Of a stretch of 64,000 nt of DNA, positions 37,408-47,097 are shown in pieces (the stretch's first letter is position 1; each line of letters starts with the position of its first letter). The position numbers and the translations under genes were made by a program. The notes under the pieces are model-generated. The model was not told where the DNA came from, did no database searches, and saw only the letters and a list, made by a program, of their open reading frames with translations. Source of the DNA: Pseudomonadota bacterium (GTDB lineage: Bacteria; Pseudomonadota; Gammaproteobacteria; Steroidobacterales; SZUA-146); the NCBI GenBank assembly GCA_039028935.1, contig JBCCHD010000018.1:7222-71221 (forward strand), in the 5' to 3' direction.

Positions 37408-38016
37408 ATGGTTAGTCGTTCACTACTGATTTTGTCACTTTTCGCTCTGTCGTTTACCAATCCGGCGTCCGCCACCGAAGCCCAATGCTTAGAAGCCGTG
37501 AGAGACTCTCATTTTGAACGCATGCCAACGGTATGCCTTGACCTACCGCATCGCAATCGCATGGAGAAAATGCGCCTGCTTATGTCAGGAAATTTTGATC
37601 ACTATCTCGGCACAATTGAGCGACCCAGCGACGCATTTGTGTTGCTCAAGCAGCTCGCGGAACAGCACGATAAAGACGCACAGTACATGTACAGCCAACT
37701 CTACGCTACCGTGCATACGATTTCGCTCGACGCCTGGCAAAAAGCGTTGGGAGCGCACGCTTCGGAGCGACAGACTCTGACCGAATACAATGCCAAGGTG
37801 AAAGCGGAATCCCAATACTGGCTCAAGCAGGCTGCCGATAACGGTCATACGCTCGCCCTTCTTGAAGTAGCCGAGTCCATGCTGCTTAAGTCGTACACGG
37901 TCCGCAATGTCGATTTGCACGAAGCCATGCTGATCGCCGAACGCGCCAACGAAGCCAACCCCAAGCTCGCCGCAAATCTCATTGAACGACTGCAGAAACG
38001 TATTCGAGAGTACTAG
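37408..38016 (+). CDS. Secreted Sel1-like repeat protein
   Basis: Signal peptide MVSRSLLILSLFALSFTNPASA. The motifs DKDAQYMYSQLYA and WLKQAADNGHTLALLEVAESML resemble Sel1/TPR repeats. Confidence 0.5.
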   Translation: MVSRSLLILSLFALSFTNPASATEAQCLEAVRDSHFERMPTVCLDLPHRNRMEKMRLLMSGNFDHYLGTIERPSDAFVLLKQLAEQHDKDAQYMYSQLYATVHTISLDAWQKALGAHASERQTLTEYNAKVKAESQYWLKQAADNGHTLALLEVAESMLLKSYTVRNVDLHEAMLIAERANEANPKLAANLIERLQKRIREY

Positions 38017-38120
38017 TCTCAACGCCCATTGGCGTTGAAGTCGCTATTCAGCGGAAACGCTGACATACTTGTTCTCCATTGACGGGCTCGGGCGCCTCAC
38101 CATCAATCTGGAGATTAACT

Positions 38121-38504
38121 ATGACGATTAGTGAACCCATGCGTGATGCCGGGCTGCTTGTTGGTCGCGTGTTACTCGTTTTCATCTACGTCCTTGGTGC
38201 CATAGCATTAATAAAAGGCTCGGTGCCGGTCGACTATGCGGCCAGCAAGGGCTTTCCGGCGTGGCTAACTTGGGCCGGCTATATCGTGAAGGTAGCGGGC
38301 GGATTTGCCGTGCTGCTGGGTTTTATGACTCGGCTCGGTGCCCTTGGACTGATCGTGTTTACGCTGCTGACCGCCTTTGTCTTCCATCCTTTGCCGGACA
38401 CGGTGTTCTTCAAAGAGATTTCGATGATCGGCGGACTCATTCTCGTTTTCATTGTTGGGCCCGGACGCTATAGCATCGATCATATGCGCACGGGCAACCG
38501 CTGA
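38121..38504 (+). CDS. DoxX-family membrane protein
   Basis: From ATG 38121 (RBS GGAGA) there are four transmembrane segments. GRVLLVFIYVLGA...GFAVLLGFMTRLGALGLIVFTLLTAFVFH is typical of DoxX. Confidence 0.7.
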   Translation: MTISEPMRDAGLLVGRVLLVFIYVLGAIALIKGSVPVDYAASKGFPAWLTWAGYIVKVAGGFAVLLGFMTRLGALGLIVFTLLTAFVFHPLPDTVFFKEISMIGGLILVFIVGPGRYSIDHMRTGNR

Positions 38505-39042
38505 TCGGTCAGCACACGCTGCTCCCATCATCAGGGGAAAGTTCAGTAGGCGCTTGGCGCACGTTACAGCCTGTGCCTTCGCCTCGACGCAGTACCACTC
38601 ACCGCATGACCGGCGCGCCCCGCGGCGCGCAGGTTTTCGCGCCGCTTTAAGCCGGCCCATTTCTTTTGTGCGCGACCTTAGCGGTGTTCAGAATCCCATT
38701 GCCACGCGCTCAAACGTCAAATCGCTCTGATCGATTCACAACGGGTTCACAGAGTGAAGTGTAAGATATAAATGACAGATAGACCTGCTCTGCCTTCTTG
38801 ACGACAGTTTTAGTTGAAATCAACTTACACAGTAAATAGCAGTGTTTAACGCGATTTTTACTTAATTCTATTTACTGAAAAATCCAGAAACGGTACTGTC
38901 TGTAGACTAAACGCGCAGACGACTGTCAAAACAGAAACCATAAACGGCTTCAAGCCGCAGCGCTGCACGCAAAAAAAGCTCCAATAACACAGGTACGACA
39001 AACCGAGCAGTTACGCTGCCAAAACAAAATAGAGGGAAAGAG

Positions 39043-40635
39043 ATGTTTACTGACCACAAGAGTGCGATGCGCTTGTTCGCATCCGTAATCACGACCGGTT
39101 GCGCGATGTTTATGCTCAACGCCAACGCACAGCTCTCTGAGTATTCTCAGAATTTCGAATCACTCGATCAAACCAGTGGCTCTGCACTAACCGATGACAA
39201 CTGGCTTGTCTTTGGTAACGTGTTTGACACAGACGGTACGACCTACCTATTCGGTTACGGCCCGTTTGGTGCACCGAATGGTGGCGACGGCTTCTCCGGT
39301 ATTACGACCGGCGAGGGCGGCCCCGAACAGGGCGTCAACCAACTGACCATCTACAACGACTACGCCAATGCGGCGCATGGCGCCAGTCAGTTTGTTGAAG
39401 CGAACGTGTTTCAAGAACAAACCATTTCTGCCGCGGATGTGGGCAAGACCTTTACGTTCCAGTTTGACGGCAAGCAAGGCAACATCATGGCCCCGACTGC
39501 GGCTATCGGGTTCATTAAAACACTCGATCCGGGTGCGGGTTTCGCCCAAACCAATCTCGTTGCTGTCGACACGTCCGCGTTACCCGCGACATGGGGCACC
39601 TACTCAGTTGAACTGACCATCGACGGCAGCTTAGTGGGCCAGCTGCTTCAATTCGGTTTCTCCACCACCACGACCGACTTCATTGGCTCAGGTAACTTCT
39701 ACGACAACCTCGTTTTCTCCATCACAGCAGACAACACGCTAACAAGCTATGCGCAGAATTTCGAAGGCATGGATCCGGCCGACCCAGCGGCTCTGTCGGA
39801 CGATGGTTGGCTGGTGTTCGGTAACGTATTCGACCCCATGGGCGGCTTCCTGTTTGGTTATGGCCCGTTCGTCGCGCCGAACAACGCTGGCGGCTTTTCT
39901 GCGGTTGACTTCAACCAGGGCGGTCCCGATCAAGGGATGAACCAGCTGTCCATCTTCAATGATTACAACAACAACGGCGCGCACACCGCCGGCAACCTGG
40001 TTGAATCGAATGTCTTCCAGGAGTTTGTGATCGGCGGTGACAGTATCGGCGAAACCTACACGTTCCAGTTCGACGCGAAGGCCGGCAACATCACGGGCGG
40101 CTCCACGGCTCAGGCGTTCATCAAGACACTTGATCCAGGCGCCGGATTCGCGCTGACCAACAACATTACGTTGGACACCACCAGCCTCGACCCAACGTGG
40201 AACACCTTCACGCTTGAGATCACGATCGATGCAGGCTTGCTGGGTCAGCTCATCCAGATCGGCTTTGCCACTACGGCAACCAACTTCGAAGGATCAGGCA
40301 ACTTCTACGACAACATCACGTTCAATAATGGCATGGTGGCGGTAGATACCGATGGCGACGGCGTCGACGACAGTCTCGACAACTGCACACTCGTGGCCAA
40401 CCCTGACCAGCGCGACTCCAACGGTGATGGCTACGGCAACATCTGTGACCCAGACTTCGACAACAACGGCGTTGTCAATTTCTTGGATATCAGTGGCTGG
40501 GTGCCGTTCTTTAACACCGCCTGCGGTGATGTTGATCAGGACATCAATGGTGACGGCGGCTGCAACTTCGGTGACTTTGCGGTCATCACGCAGTTCTTCA
40601 ACCAGCCTCCTGGCCCAAGCGCACTCGCACCTTGA
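39043..40635 (+). CDS. Secreted protein with two tandem ~215-aa repeats and a C-terminal TSP3/dockerin-like module
   Basis: A signal peptide is present (…TGCAMFMLNANA). The repeats begin LSEYSQNFESLD... and LTSYAQNFEGMD..., with long collinear identity (WLVFGNVFD, FGYGPF, NQL(T/S)I(Y/F)NDY, FIKTLDPGAGFA, GSGNFYDN). The C-terminus reads DTDGDGVDDSLDNCTLVANPDQRDSNGDGYGNICDPDFDNNGVVNFLDIS...DINGDGGCNFGDF. RBS GAGGGAAAGAG. Confidence 0.7.
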   Translation: MFTDHKSAMRLFASVITTGCAMFMLNANAQLSEYSQNFESLDQTSGSALTDDNWLVFGNVFDTDGTTYLFGYGPFGAPNGGDGFSGITTGEGGPEQGVNQLTIYNDYANAAHGASQFVEANVFQEQTISAADVGKTFTFQFDGKQGNIMAPTAAIGFIKTLDPGAGFAQTNLVAVDTSALPATWGTYSVELTIDGSLVGQLLQFGFSTTTTDFIGSGNFYDNLVFSITADNTLTSYAQNFEGMDPADPAALSDDGWLVFGNVFDPMGGFLFGYGPFVAPNNAGGFSAVDFNQGGPDQGMNQLSIFNDYNNNGAHTAGNLVESNVFQEFVIGGDSIGETYTFQFDAKAGNITGGSTAQAFIKTLDPGAGFALTNNITLDTTSLDPTWNTFTLEITIDAGLLGQLIQIGFATTATNFEGSGNFYDNITFNNGMVAVDTDGDGVDDSLDNCTLVANPDQRDSNGDGYGNICDPDFDNNGVVNFLDISGWVPFFNTACGDVDQDINGDGGCNFGDFAVITQFFNQPPGPSALAP

Positions 40636-40680
40636 TTGCGGTGACGAATCGGCGCTAAATAGCGCAGAGCAAGACCAAAA

Positions 40681-40707
40681 ACGCCCCGTTTATCGGGGCG
40701 TTTTTTT
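40681..40707 (+). terminator. Rho-independent terminator
   Basis: ACGCCCCG-tttat-CGGGGCGT followed by T7, 46 nt after the stop at 40635. Confidence 0.8.
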
Positions 40708-40733
40708 ATCACACTCTGGCGCTTCAATAGACG

Positions 40734-41939
40734 CTACGTGGGCGCGGTAGACAATGCCTGCAGTTCTTGACGACGGCGTACACTCATCAGCGCGACGAGC
40801 ACCAACAGCACGGCAGGTAACGTTGATCCCACCGTCGCTGTCCAGCCAAAAAAATTAATCAGCACGCCGGCCATTAGCGACGCCAACGCCGAAAAGCTGA
40901 AAATCGTGAACTCATTGAACGCCTGTGCAGAGTAACGCTCGGAAGACGCATAGCAGCGCGTGAGCATCGTTGTGCCGCTGGTGTAAAGAAAATTCCAGCC
41001 CACGCCGAGCAACAACATTGACCACCAATAATGCAGATAGGCATGGCCGGCCATGCCAATGACGATGCACAGCCCAAGAATCCAGACGCCGACAAAGGCG
41101 ATCTTTCCTGCGCCCATGCGATCGATAAGCCAACCCGCTACGAGTGCCGGCACATACATTCCCAGCACGTGAGTTCGCACAACACCCGCCGTTTGTTCAA
41201 GCGTGAAACCATCGATCACGTGCATACTCAATGGTGTCGCGGTCATGATCAGGCTCATTACCAGGTAGCTGACGACACCGCACATGACGGCAACCGCGAA
41301 AACGGGCTGTGCAAGCAACGCACGCAACGAGCGAGCGGGTGCAGACCTAGTCGCCGTCTCGACCGTTTGTGTTGGACGGAGAAAAAGATAGATAAACGCC
41401 AACAGCACAAATAACAATGCCTGTGTCGCAAGACCACCCGCATGCGCGACGCCATCAAACCAACGTACGCCACCGCTTGCTAATGTCGGCCCGAGCAGCG
41501 CGCCACCGATCGAACCTGACAACACAAAACTGATGGCGCGTCCGGCGTAGTCGGGTGTCACCGCTTCCGCTGCGGCAAAACGAAGCTGACGAGCGAATGC
41601 GGTGCTGAGTCCAAGCAGAGTGGTGGCAGCCACCAGCCACCAAAAGTGCTCGAGAAAAATGGCGTAGATTAAAAGCAGCTGGCTCGACGCGCCGACTAGT
41701 GCCGATGCCGCCAGACCACGTGCTCGTCCAAAGCGACGCATGACCATAGCCGACGGCACGGAAAACAGAGCAATGCCAATAATGTGAGCAGTGAGGGGCA
41801 AGGTGGCGAGCGCTTTGTTCTCGGCAAAGCGCTCGCCAATGATTCCACCTAACGTGACAACCTGGGAGGATCCGCTTACCGCAATCAACGACCCTAGAAA
41901 CAAAATCCAGAGATTTCGATTGCGATACAGCGCCGCCAT
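40734..41939 (-). CDS. MFS transporter, translationally coupled to trpA
   Basis: About 12 hydrophobic segments, and a GRARGL-type loop (MRRFGRARGLAAS) after TM2. The ATG at 41939-41937 overlaps the trpA TGA (TGATG on the - strand). Confidence 0.75.
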   Translation of the reverse strand: MAALYRNRNLWILFLGSLIAVSGSSQVVTLGGIIGERFAENKALATLPLTAHIIGIALFSVPSAMVMRRFGRARGLAASALVGASSQLLLIYAIFLEHFWWLVAATTLLGLSTAFARQLRFAAAEAVTPDYAGRAISFVLSGSIGGALLGPTLASGGVRWFDGVAHAGGLATQALLFVLLAFIYLFLRPTQTVETATRSAPARSLRALLAQPVFAVAVMCGVVSYLVMSLIMTATPLSMHVIDGFTLEQTAGVVRTHVLGMYVPALVAGWLIDRMGAGKIAFVGVWILGLCIVIGMAGHAYLHYWWSMLLLGVGWNFLYTSGTTMLTRCYASSERYSAQAFNEFTIFSFSALASLMAGVLINFFGWTATVGSTLPAVLLVLVALMSVRRRQELQALSTAPT

Positions 41940-42727
41940 CACTGCCCCTTCAAATACTGCAGAAACACGCCCGGGTCGTTGCCCTCCGCCAATTGTTCAA
42001 CGAGCGCCGATCCAACGATCACACCATCGGCATGCGCGCCGAGTGCGGTTACCTGTTCCGGGGTCCGTATTCCAAAGCCGGCACAGACCGGCACATTCGA
42101 CACCTGTTTAATCGTCTTAAGATAGTCGACCACCGTTTCCGTTACCGGTGCCGCGTTGCCAGGACCGCCCGACTTCGCCCCACCTGTCGTACCGGTCACA
42201 GTCACGGCATAGACAAAGCCTGTGGCCGTGTCGCACAGCTGCTTGAGTCGCTCAGGCGTTGTAACCGGCGTGACAAGATTAACGAGTGCCAGCGCGTTCG
42301 CCTCAAGATCAGGCTTAAGCAAATCGTTCTCATCGAGCGGCAAATCGGGACAGATAATGCCCGCAACACCTGCCGCCTTGCAGCGCGGTGCAAGCTGATC
42401 ACCCATCGCGATCAACGGATTGAGATAGCTCATGAGCAAGATCGGCGCGGGCCATTCGCGTTGCCCGATTTCGTCGAGTATCCAACCCAGCGTAACGCCT
42501 TGTTCGAGCGCTACCTTGCTGCTGTTTTGAATCGTCACGCCATCCGCCATGGGGTCTGTAAACGGCACGCCAATTTCAACCAAGTCGGCATGGGTCGTGA
42601 GGCTTTCAAGATGATCTTGAAACGACTCACGCGTTGGAAAGCCACCTGTCATAAAGGCAACCAGCGCCGGCCGCTGATCTTGACGCGCCGCGTCGATCGC
42701 CTGCGCAATGCGTTCGATACCGTTCAT
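41939..42727 (-). CDS. trpA: Tryptophan synthase alpha chain
   Basis: ALVAFMTGGFP...DLVEIGVPFTDPMADGVTIQ...VCAGFGI. Confidence 0.92.
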   Translation of the reverse strand: MNGIERIAQAIDAARQDQRPALVAFMTGGFPTRESFQDHLESLTTHADLVEIGVPFTDPMADGVTIQNSSKVALEQGVTLGWILDEIGQREWPAPILLMSYLNPLIAMGDQLAPRCKAAGVAGIICPDLPLDENDLLKPDLEANALALVNLVTPVTTPERLKQLCDTATGFVYAVTVTGTTGGAKSGGPGNAAPVTETVVDYLKTIKQVSNVPVCAGFGIRTPEQVTALGAHADGVIVGSALVEQLAEGNDPGVFLQYLKGQ

Positions 42728-43959
42728 GGGTTGCTCACCTTATTCACTTGTTGAAGCGTCGGTAGATCTTTGTCGCCGCGCCCGGATACACCAATGAGAA
42801 TGGTGCTACCCGGATGGTCTTGTGCATAACGACGCGCTCCATAAAACGCATGCGCCGTTTCGATCGCAGGCAAGATCCCTTCCATCGCGCAACACTCGTT
42901 GAGCGCCTCCAGCGCTTTGTCGTCATCCACTGCTACATATTCGGCGCGTTTAGTGAGCTGCAATAGCGCGTGTTCGGGACCTACGGCCGGATAATCGAGT
43001 CCGGCGGACACAGAATGCGTTTCGTACACCTGCCCATGTTCGTCGTGTAACAGCATCGAAAAGCAACCGTGCAACACACCGGGCGTGCCCGACACCAGAC
43101 TCGCCGCATTATCACCCAGGCCAACACCACGACCACCCGCTTCGACACCCAGCAGGTGAATACTCTCATCCTGAATCAGCGGATGAAACAAGCCAATCGC
43201 GTTCGATCCACCGCCCACACAGGCCACCGCCACATCCGGTAATTTTCCAGCCTGCCGTAACATTTGCTCTTTCGCTTCACGTCCGATTACCGATTGAAAA
43301 TGACACACGAGCTCCGGATATGGATGCGGGCCAACCGCAGAGCCAAGCAGGTAGTAGGTTTCAAGCGGTGCAGATACCCAATCACGCAGCGCTTCGTCGA
43401 TCGCCGCGCGTAACGTGCGGTCGCCCGTAGTCACGGGCACCACTTCCGCACCCAGCCGCTGCATGCGGTCCACGTTAGGTGCCTGGCGCTCGACATCCAC
43501 CTGACCCATGTAAACGCGACACGGCAAACCCAATCGGGCGCAGGCGGCGGCACTGGCCACGCCATGCTGTCCAGCACCGGTTTCGGCGATAATGCGCTTC
43601 ACGCCGAGACGTTTGGCCAGCAACGCCTGCCCCATGGCGTTGTTGATCTTATGCGCGCCGGTGTGCGCCAGGTCCTCGCGTTTCAACCACACATCGCAGC
43701 CCCAAGACTCACTCAGGCGCGCGGCATACGACAGCGGCGTTGGTCGCCCTACCCAATGACGCAGCTGCTCGTCCAACTCGTGTTGGAAATCCGCCTGGTG
43801 CAGCACATCACGCATCCCTTCGGTGATGCGATCCAGCGGTGGCACCAAGGTTTCGGGTACGAATCGTCCGCCAAACGGACCGTAACGCCCACGGGCGTCG
43901 GGAAATTCGTTATCCAGCATCCGCTGTTTCAATGTGTCGATATCTTGTGGAGCACTCAT
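42724..43959 (-). CDS. trpB: Tryptophan synthase beta chain
   Basis: GRYGPFGGRFVPETL...LKREDLAHTGAHKINNAMGQALLAKRLG...GGGSNAIGLF. Confidence 0.95.
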   Translation of the reverse strand: MSAPQDIDTLKQRMLDNEFPDARGRYGPFGGRFVPETLVPPLDRITEGMRDVLHQADFQHELDEQLRHWVGRPTPLSYAARLSESWGCDVWLKREDLAHTGAHKINNAMGQALLAKRLGVKRIIAETGAGQHGVASAAACARLGLPCRVYMGQVDVERQAPNVDRMQRLGAEVVPVTTGDRTLRAAIDEALRDWVSAPLETYYLLGSAVGPHPYPELVCHFQSVIGREAKEQMLRQAGKLPDVAVACVGGGSNAIGLFHPLIQDESIHLLGVEAGGRGVGLGDNAASLVSGTPGVLHGCFSMLLHDEHGQVYETHSVSAGLDYPAVGPEHALLQLTKRAEYVAVDDDKALEALNECCAMEGILPAIETAHAFYGARRYAQDHPGSTILIGVSGRGDKDLPTLQQVNKVSNP

Positions 43960-44027
43960 AGTCGTTAACTCTTCCTTACTTGTCTTACCGTGCTAATTAA
44001 TAAGTAGTCACTGCCTATCGGCCATGC

Positions 44028-44624
44028 TCATGGTGGAGTGTGCATGGCCCGTCTAACATTCGTCACAAACGCGCGCATTCGCGCCGGATCCTTTACCCCG
44101 CGCTCACGCTCAATGCCACTGCTCACGTCGACGCCAAACGGCGCCACGGCGCGCACCGCCTCACCCACATTGTCAGGATCAAGCCCCCCCGCCAAAATAA
44201 GGTGACGACCGTTCGCACAGGCGGCGGCAATCGGCCAGTCCACGGCCTTGCCTTGACCGCTGCCAATGCCCTCATAAACAAATGGATGCGGCGCATCCGG
44301 CAGCGGCGCGCCATCTCGCTCACGATGAACGGGCATCGCCTCGATCCCGTTGGGCAGCGTGAGTGTACGAAGCGCTTGCCAATCAGCCTGCACATAGTCG
44401 GGTGAAAACGCCCTGAGCACCGTGCCAAGCTCGGCTTGCCCCGGCCGCAGCATCACTGCCACCGTCGCAATATTGTCCGGCACAACGGCGGCCAATTCCG
44501 CCGCCCGCTGTGGCAAGACCGCGCGCGGCGACTCCGCAAAGACAAATCCGATCGCACTGACTCCACACGCCACCGCAACCGCCACGTCGTCGTGTGTTGT
44601 GAGGCCGCACAATTTAATCCACAT
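44028..44624 (-). CDS. trpF: Phosphoribosylanthranilate isomerase
   Basis: MWIKLCGLTTHDDVAVAVACGVSAIGFVF...ILAGGLDPDNV...GVDVSSGIE. Confidence 0.88.
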   Translation of the reverse strand: MWIKLCGLTTHDDVAVAVACGVSAIGFVFAESPRAVLPQRAAELAAVVPDNIATVAVMLRPGQAELGTVLRAFSPDYVQADWQALRTLTLPNGIEAMPVHRERDGAPLPDAPHPFVYEGIGSGQGKAVDWPIAAACANGRHLILAGGLDPDNVGEAVRAVAPFGVDVSSGIERERGVKDPARMRAFVTNVRRAMHTPP

Positions 44625-44633
44625 GATCGGCGC

Positions 44634-45470
44634 TCATGGTTTGGTCGGTCTCGCTGCCTCATGGACATCCGCTCGCGTGCGTTCGCCGAGTGCGTGTATA
44701 ACCGCGCCCGCGTGATCCGCCTTCATCAGCATCGTGCCGATCAGGGCGGCATCGTAGCCCAGCGCATGCAGCGCGACCGCCTGCTCCACCGAATGAATAC
44801 CGCTTTCCGCCACCGTGATCGCACCGCGCGGAAAATGACCGATGAAGCGTTCGAAGCGGACCGGATCGATGTTCAGTGTGGTCAGATCCCGACAATTCAC
44901 GCCAAGCAATACGTGTTCGCTGGCATAGGGTGACATTCGCACCAAATCGGACTCATCGAAGCCTTCGAGCAGCACGAACAGGCCAAGCGCGCGCGCCGTC
45001 GCGAGCATGGACTCGAGTCGTTCATCGGACAGTATGCGCGCGATGAGCAAGACACCATCCGCACCATGAACCCGGGCTTCATACAGCTGGTACTCATCAA
45101 CCAAGAAATCTTTACGCATCACAGCGGCTTGACGACCGACATGCGCCTTTACCGCCGCCAGGTAATCGAGGTGGCCGTCAAACTTGTCGGGCTCAGTAAG
45201 CACCGACAGCACCTGTGCGCCACCCATAACATAGTCCGCCGCGCGCGCCACCACTGAGTCGATGGTCGCACCAGCTTCGAGTTGACCCTCGGCCGGAGAG
45301 CGGACTTTAATTTCCGCGATCACGCTCATGCCCCGTTGGGCCAACGTCAGTGGCGTGGGCGGCGGCAAGTTCTGACAACGCACTCGCATGTCTTCAAGCG
45401 AACATTGCGACTGCGCCGCTTGGCTACGGGCGCGAGAACCGCGCGCCATGTCGGCCAGAAAGTCGTTCAT
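44634..45470 (-). CDS. trpC: Indole-3-glycerol-phosphate synthase
   Basis: VIAEIKVRSPAEG...SVLTEPDKFDG...RKDFLVDEYQLYEAR..GADGVLLI...LGVNCRDL. Confidence 0.88.
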   Translation of the reverse strand: MNDFLADMARGSRARSQAAQSQCSLEDMRVRCQNLPPPTPLTLAQRGMSVIAEIKVRSPAEGQLEAGATIDSVVARAADYVMGGAQVLSVLTEPDKFDGHLDYLAAVKAHVGRQAAVMRKDFLVDEYQLYEARVHGADGVLLIARILSDERLESMLATARALGLFVLLEGFDESDLVRMSPYASEHVLLGVNCRDLTTLNIDPVRFERFIGHFPRGAITVAESGIHSVEQAVALHALGYDAALIGTMLMKADHAGAVIHALGERTRADVHEAARPTKP

Positions 45471-46519
45471 TCGGCGTCCGCTCCAACATCGGTGGTGCCA
45501 CTGGCGAGAAGGCGATCCAGCAAATCGGCGCCCCGACCGGCGTTGATCGCCTCTCGTGCATGCGACATCGAGGCTCTAAACGATTGCGTGGTACCGGTCA
45601 CCTCCAGTGCCAATGCCGCCCCGAGAACCAATGCATCAAGGTGCGGCCCACCGTCCTGACCACGAAGCACTTTGGATAAGGCCTCGGCGTTGAACTGGGC
45701 ATCGCCACCGGCAAGGTCATCGGCGGTGCAGCGTGTAATGCGGTAATCGAGTGGATCGCGAATTTCCTCTGTCACCGAGCCTGGTCGAACGTCATACAGC
45801 ACAAAGGGGCCTACCGGAGTGGCTTCGTCCCAACCCGGTTCGCCATGCACCACAAACACCCGCTCAATATCCATACCCGACAACGCATGCGCCATAAGAT
45901 GCGCCATAGGCTTGCTGTACGCCCCGATCACCCCGAACGGCGGTCGCATGGGGTTGGTAAGCGGTCCGAGAATGTTGAATACCGTTCGTATGCGCATGGC
46001 CTGACGAATGGGCGCAACGGTCTTCATCGCGGGATGAAAATACGGCGCAAACAAAAAGGTAAAGCCATAAGTGGCGAGCGTCGATACGGCGTCGTCAGCG
46101 GTGCCAGGCAGCGTGACGCCAAGCGTCTCCAGCACATCGGCACTCCCGCTCTTACTCGACACGGAGCGGTTACCGTGCTTCACCACCGTGAGACCGCTAG
46201 CGGCTGCCAGCAACGCGCTGCCAGTGGAAATGTTGACGCTTCCCGAGCCGTCTCCACCGGTGCCGACGATGTCGACCGCCGGCAAATTGGCCGGGAGCGG
46301 CGCACGGATGGCCAGCGCCCGCATCGCATTGGCAAACCCGCGAATCTCCTGCGGTTGTTCTCCTTTGCAACGCAGTGCCGTCAAAAACGCGGCGGCAAGG
46401 GCAGGCTGCACATCGTCAGTCAGGGCGCGCATCACGTCGCCGGCTTCTGACTCGTCGAGATGGACCGCGTCCAACACTTTGTCGAGTGCGGCTTTGAGCA
46501 CATGATTGGCTTCGCTCAT
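45467..46519 (-). CDS. trpD: Anthranilate phosphoribosyltransferase
   Basis: VDIVGTGGDGSGSVNISTGSALLAAASGLTVVKHGNRSVSSKSGSADVLE. Confidence 0.92.
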   Translation of the reverse strand: MSEANHVLKAALDKVLDAVHLDESEAGDVMRALTDDVQPALAAAFLTALRCKGEQPQEIRGFANAMRALAIRAPLPANLPAVDIVGTGGDGSGSVNISTGSALLAAASGLTVVKHGNRSVSSKSGSADVLETLGVTLPGTADDAVSTLATYGFTFLFAPYFHPAMKTVAPIRQAMRIRTVFNILGPLTNPMRPPFGVIGAYSKPMAHLMAHALSGMDIERVFVVHGEPGWDEATPVGPFVLYDVRPGSVTEEIRDPLDYRITRCTADDLAGGDAQFNAEALSKVLRGQDGGPHLDALVLGAALALEVTGTTQSFRASMSHAREAINAGRGADLLDRLLASGTTDVGADAE

Positions 46520-47097
46520 CGAGGCTCCTGCTGAATAAAGTTGTTCATAAGTGTCATGCCCTCCGGAGTGAGCACGCTTTCGGGGTGAAACTGTACGCCT
46601 TCGATTGGATGCGTTGTATGCCTCACCCCCATAATCTCATCCTGATCGGTGTGAGCGGTGACGATCAAGCTGCTGGGCATCGACGCGTGAGTGGCGGTGA
46701 GCGAATGATAACGCCCTACCTCAAGCGGCGAATGAAGTTGTGCATAGACGCCTTGACGATCGTGGTGGATGAGCGAAGTTTTGCCGTGCATTTGTCGCGG
46801 CGCTCGTTCGATCGCACCACCAAACGCCGCCACAATAGACTGATGTCCTAAGCAGACGCCGAGAATGGGAACGGATCCGGCCAGCGCTTTAATCAAGTCG
46901 ACCGACATGCCCGCGGTGTCGGGGTTGCCGGGACCAGGTGAAATCACCAAATGCGTTTTGTCTTTTGTAATCGCCTCGTCGAGGGAGAGCTGATCGTTGC
47001 GATGCACGTCCACCGTGGCGCCGAGACTTCGAAAGCCCTGCACGAGATTGAACGTGAACGAATCATAGTTATCGATCATGAGGATATGCGCGCTCAT
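46516..47097 (-). CDS. trpG: Anthranilate synthase component II (glutamine amidotransferase)
   Basis: ILMIDNYDSFTFNLVQ...PILGVCLGHQSI...GVQFHPES. Confidence 0.92.
   Translation of the reverse strand: MSAHILMIDNYDSFTFNLVQGFRSLGATVDVHRNDQLSLDEAITKDKTHLVISPGPGNPDTAGMSVDLIKALAGSVPILGVCLGHQSIVAAFGGAIERAPRQMHGKTSLIHHDRQGVYAQLHSPLEVGRYHSLTATHASMPSSLIVTAHTDQDEIMGVRHTTHPIEGVQFHPESVLTPEGMTLMNNFIQQEPR

Noticed and set aside
38265-38730. ORFs 38265..38660 (-) and 38452..38730 (+) downstream of doxX
   Set aside because: Both are Arg/Ala-rich and overlap each other and doxX. Neither has an RBS or motif, so both are judged non-coding.
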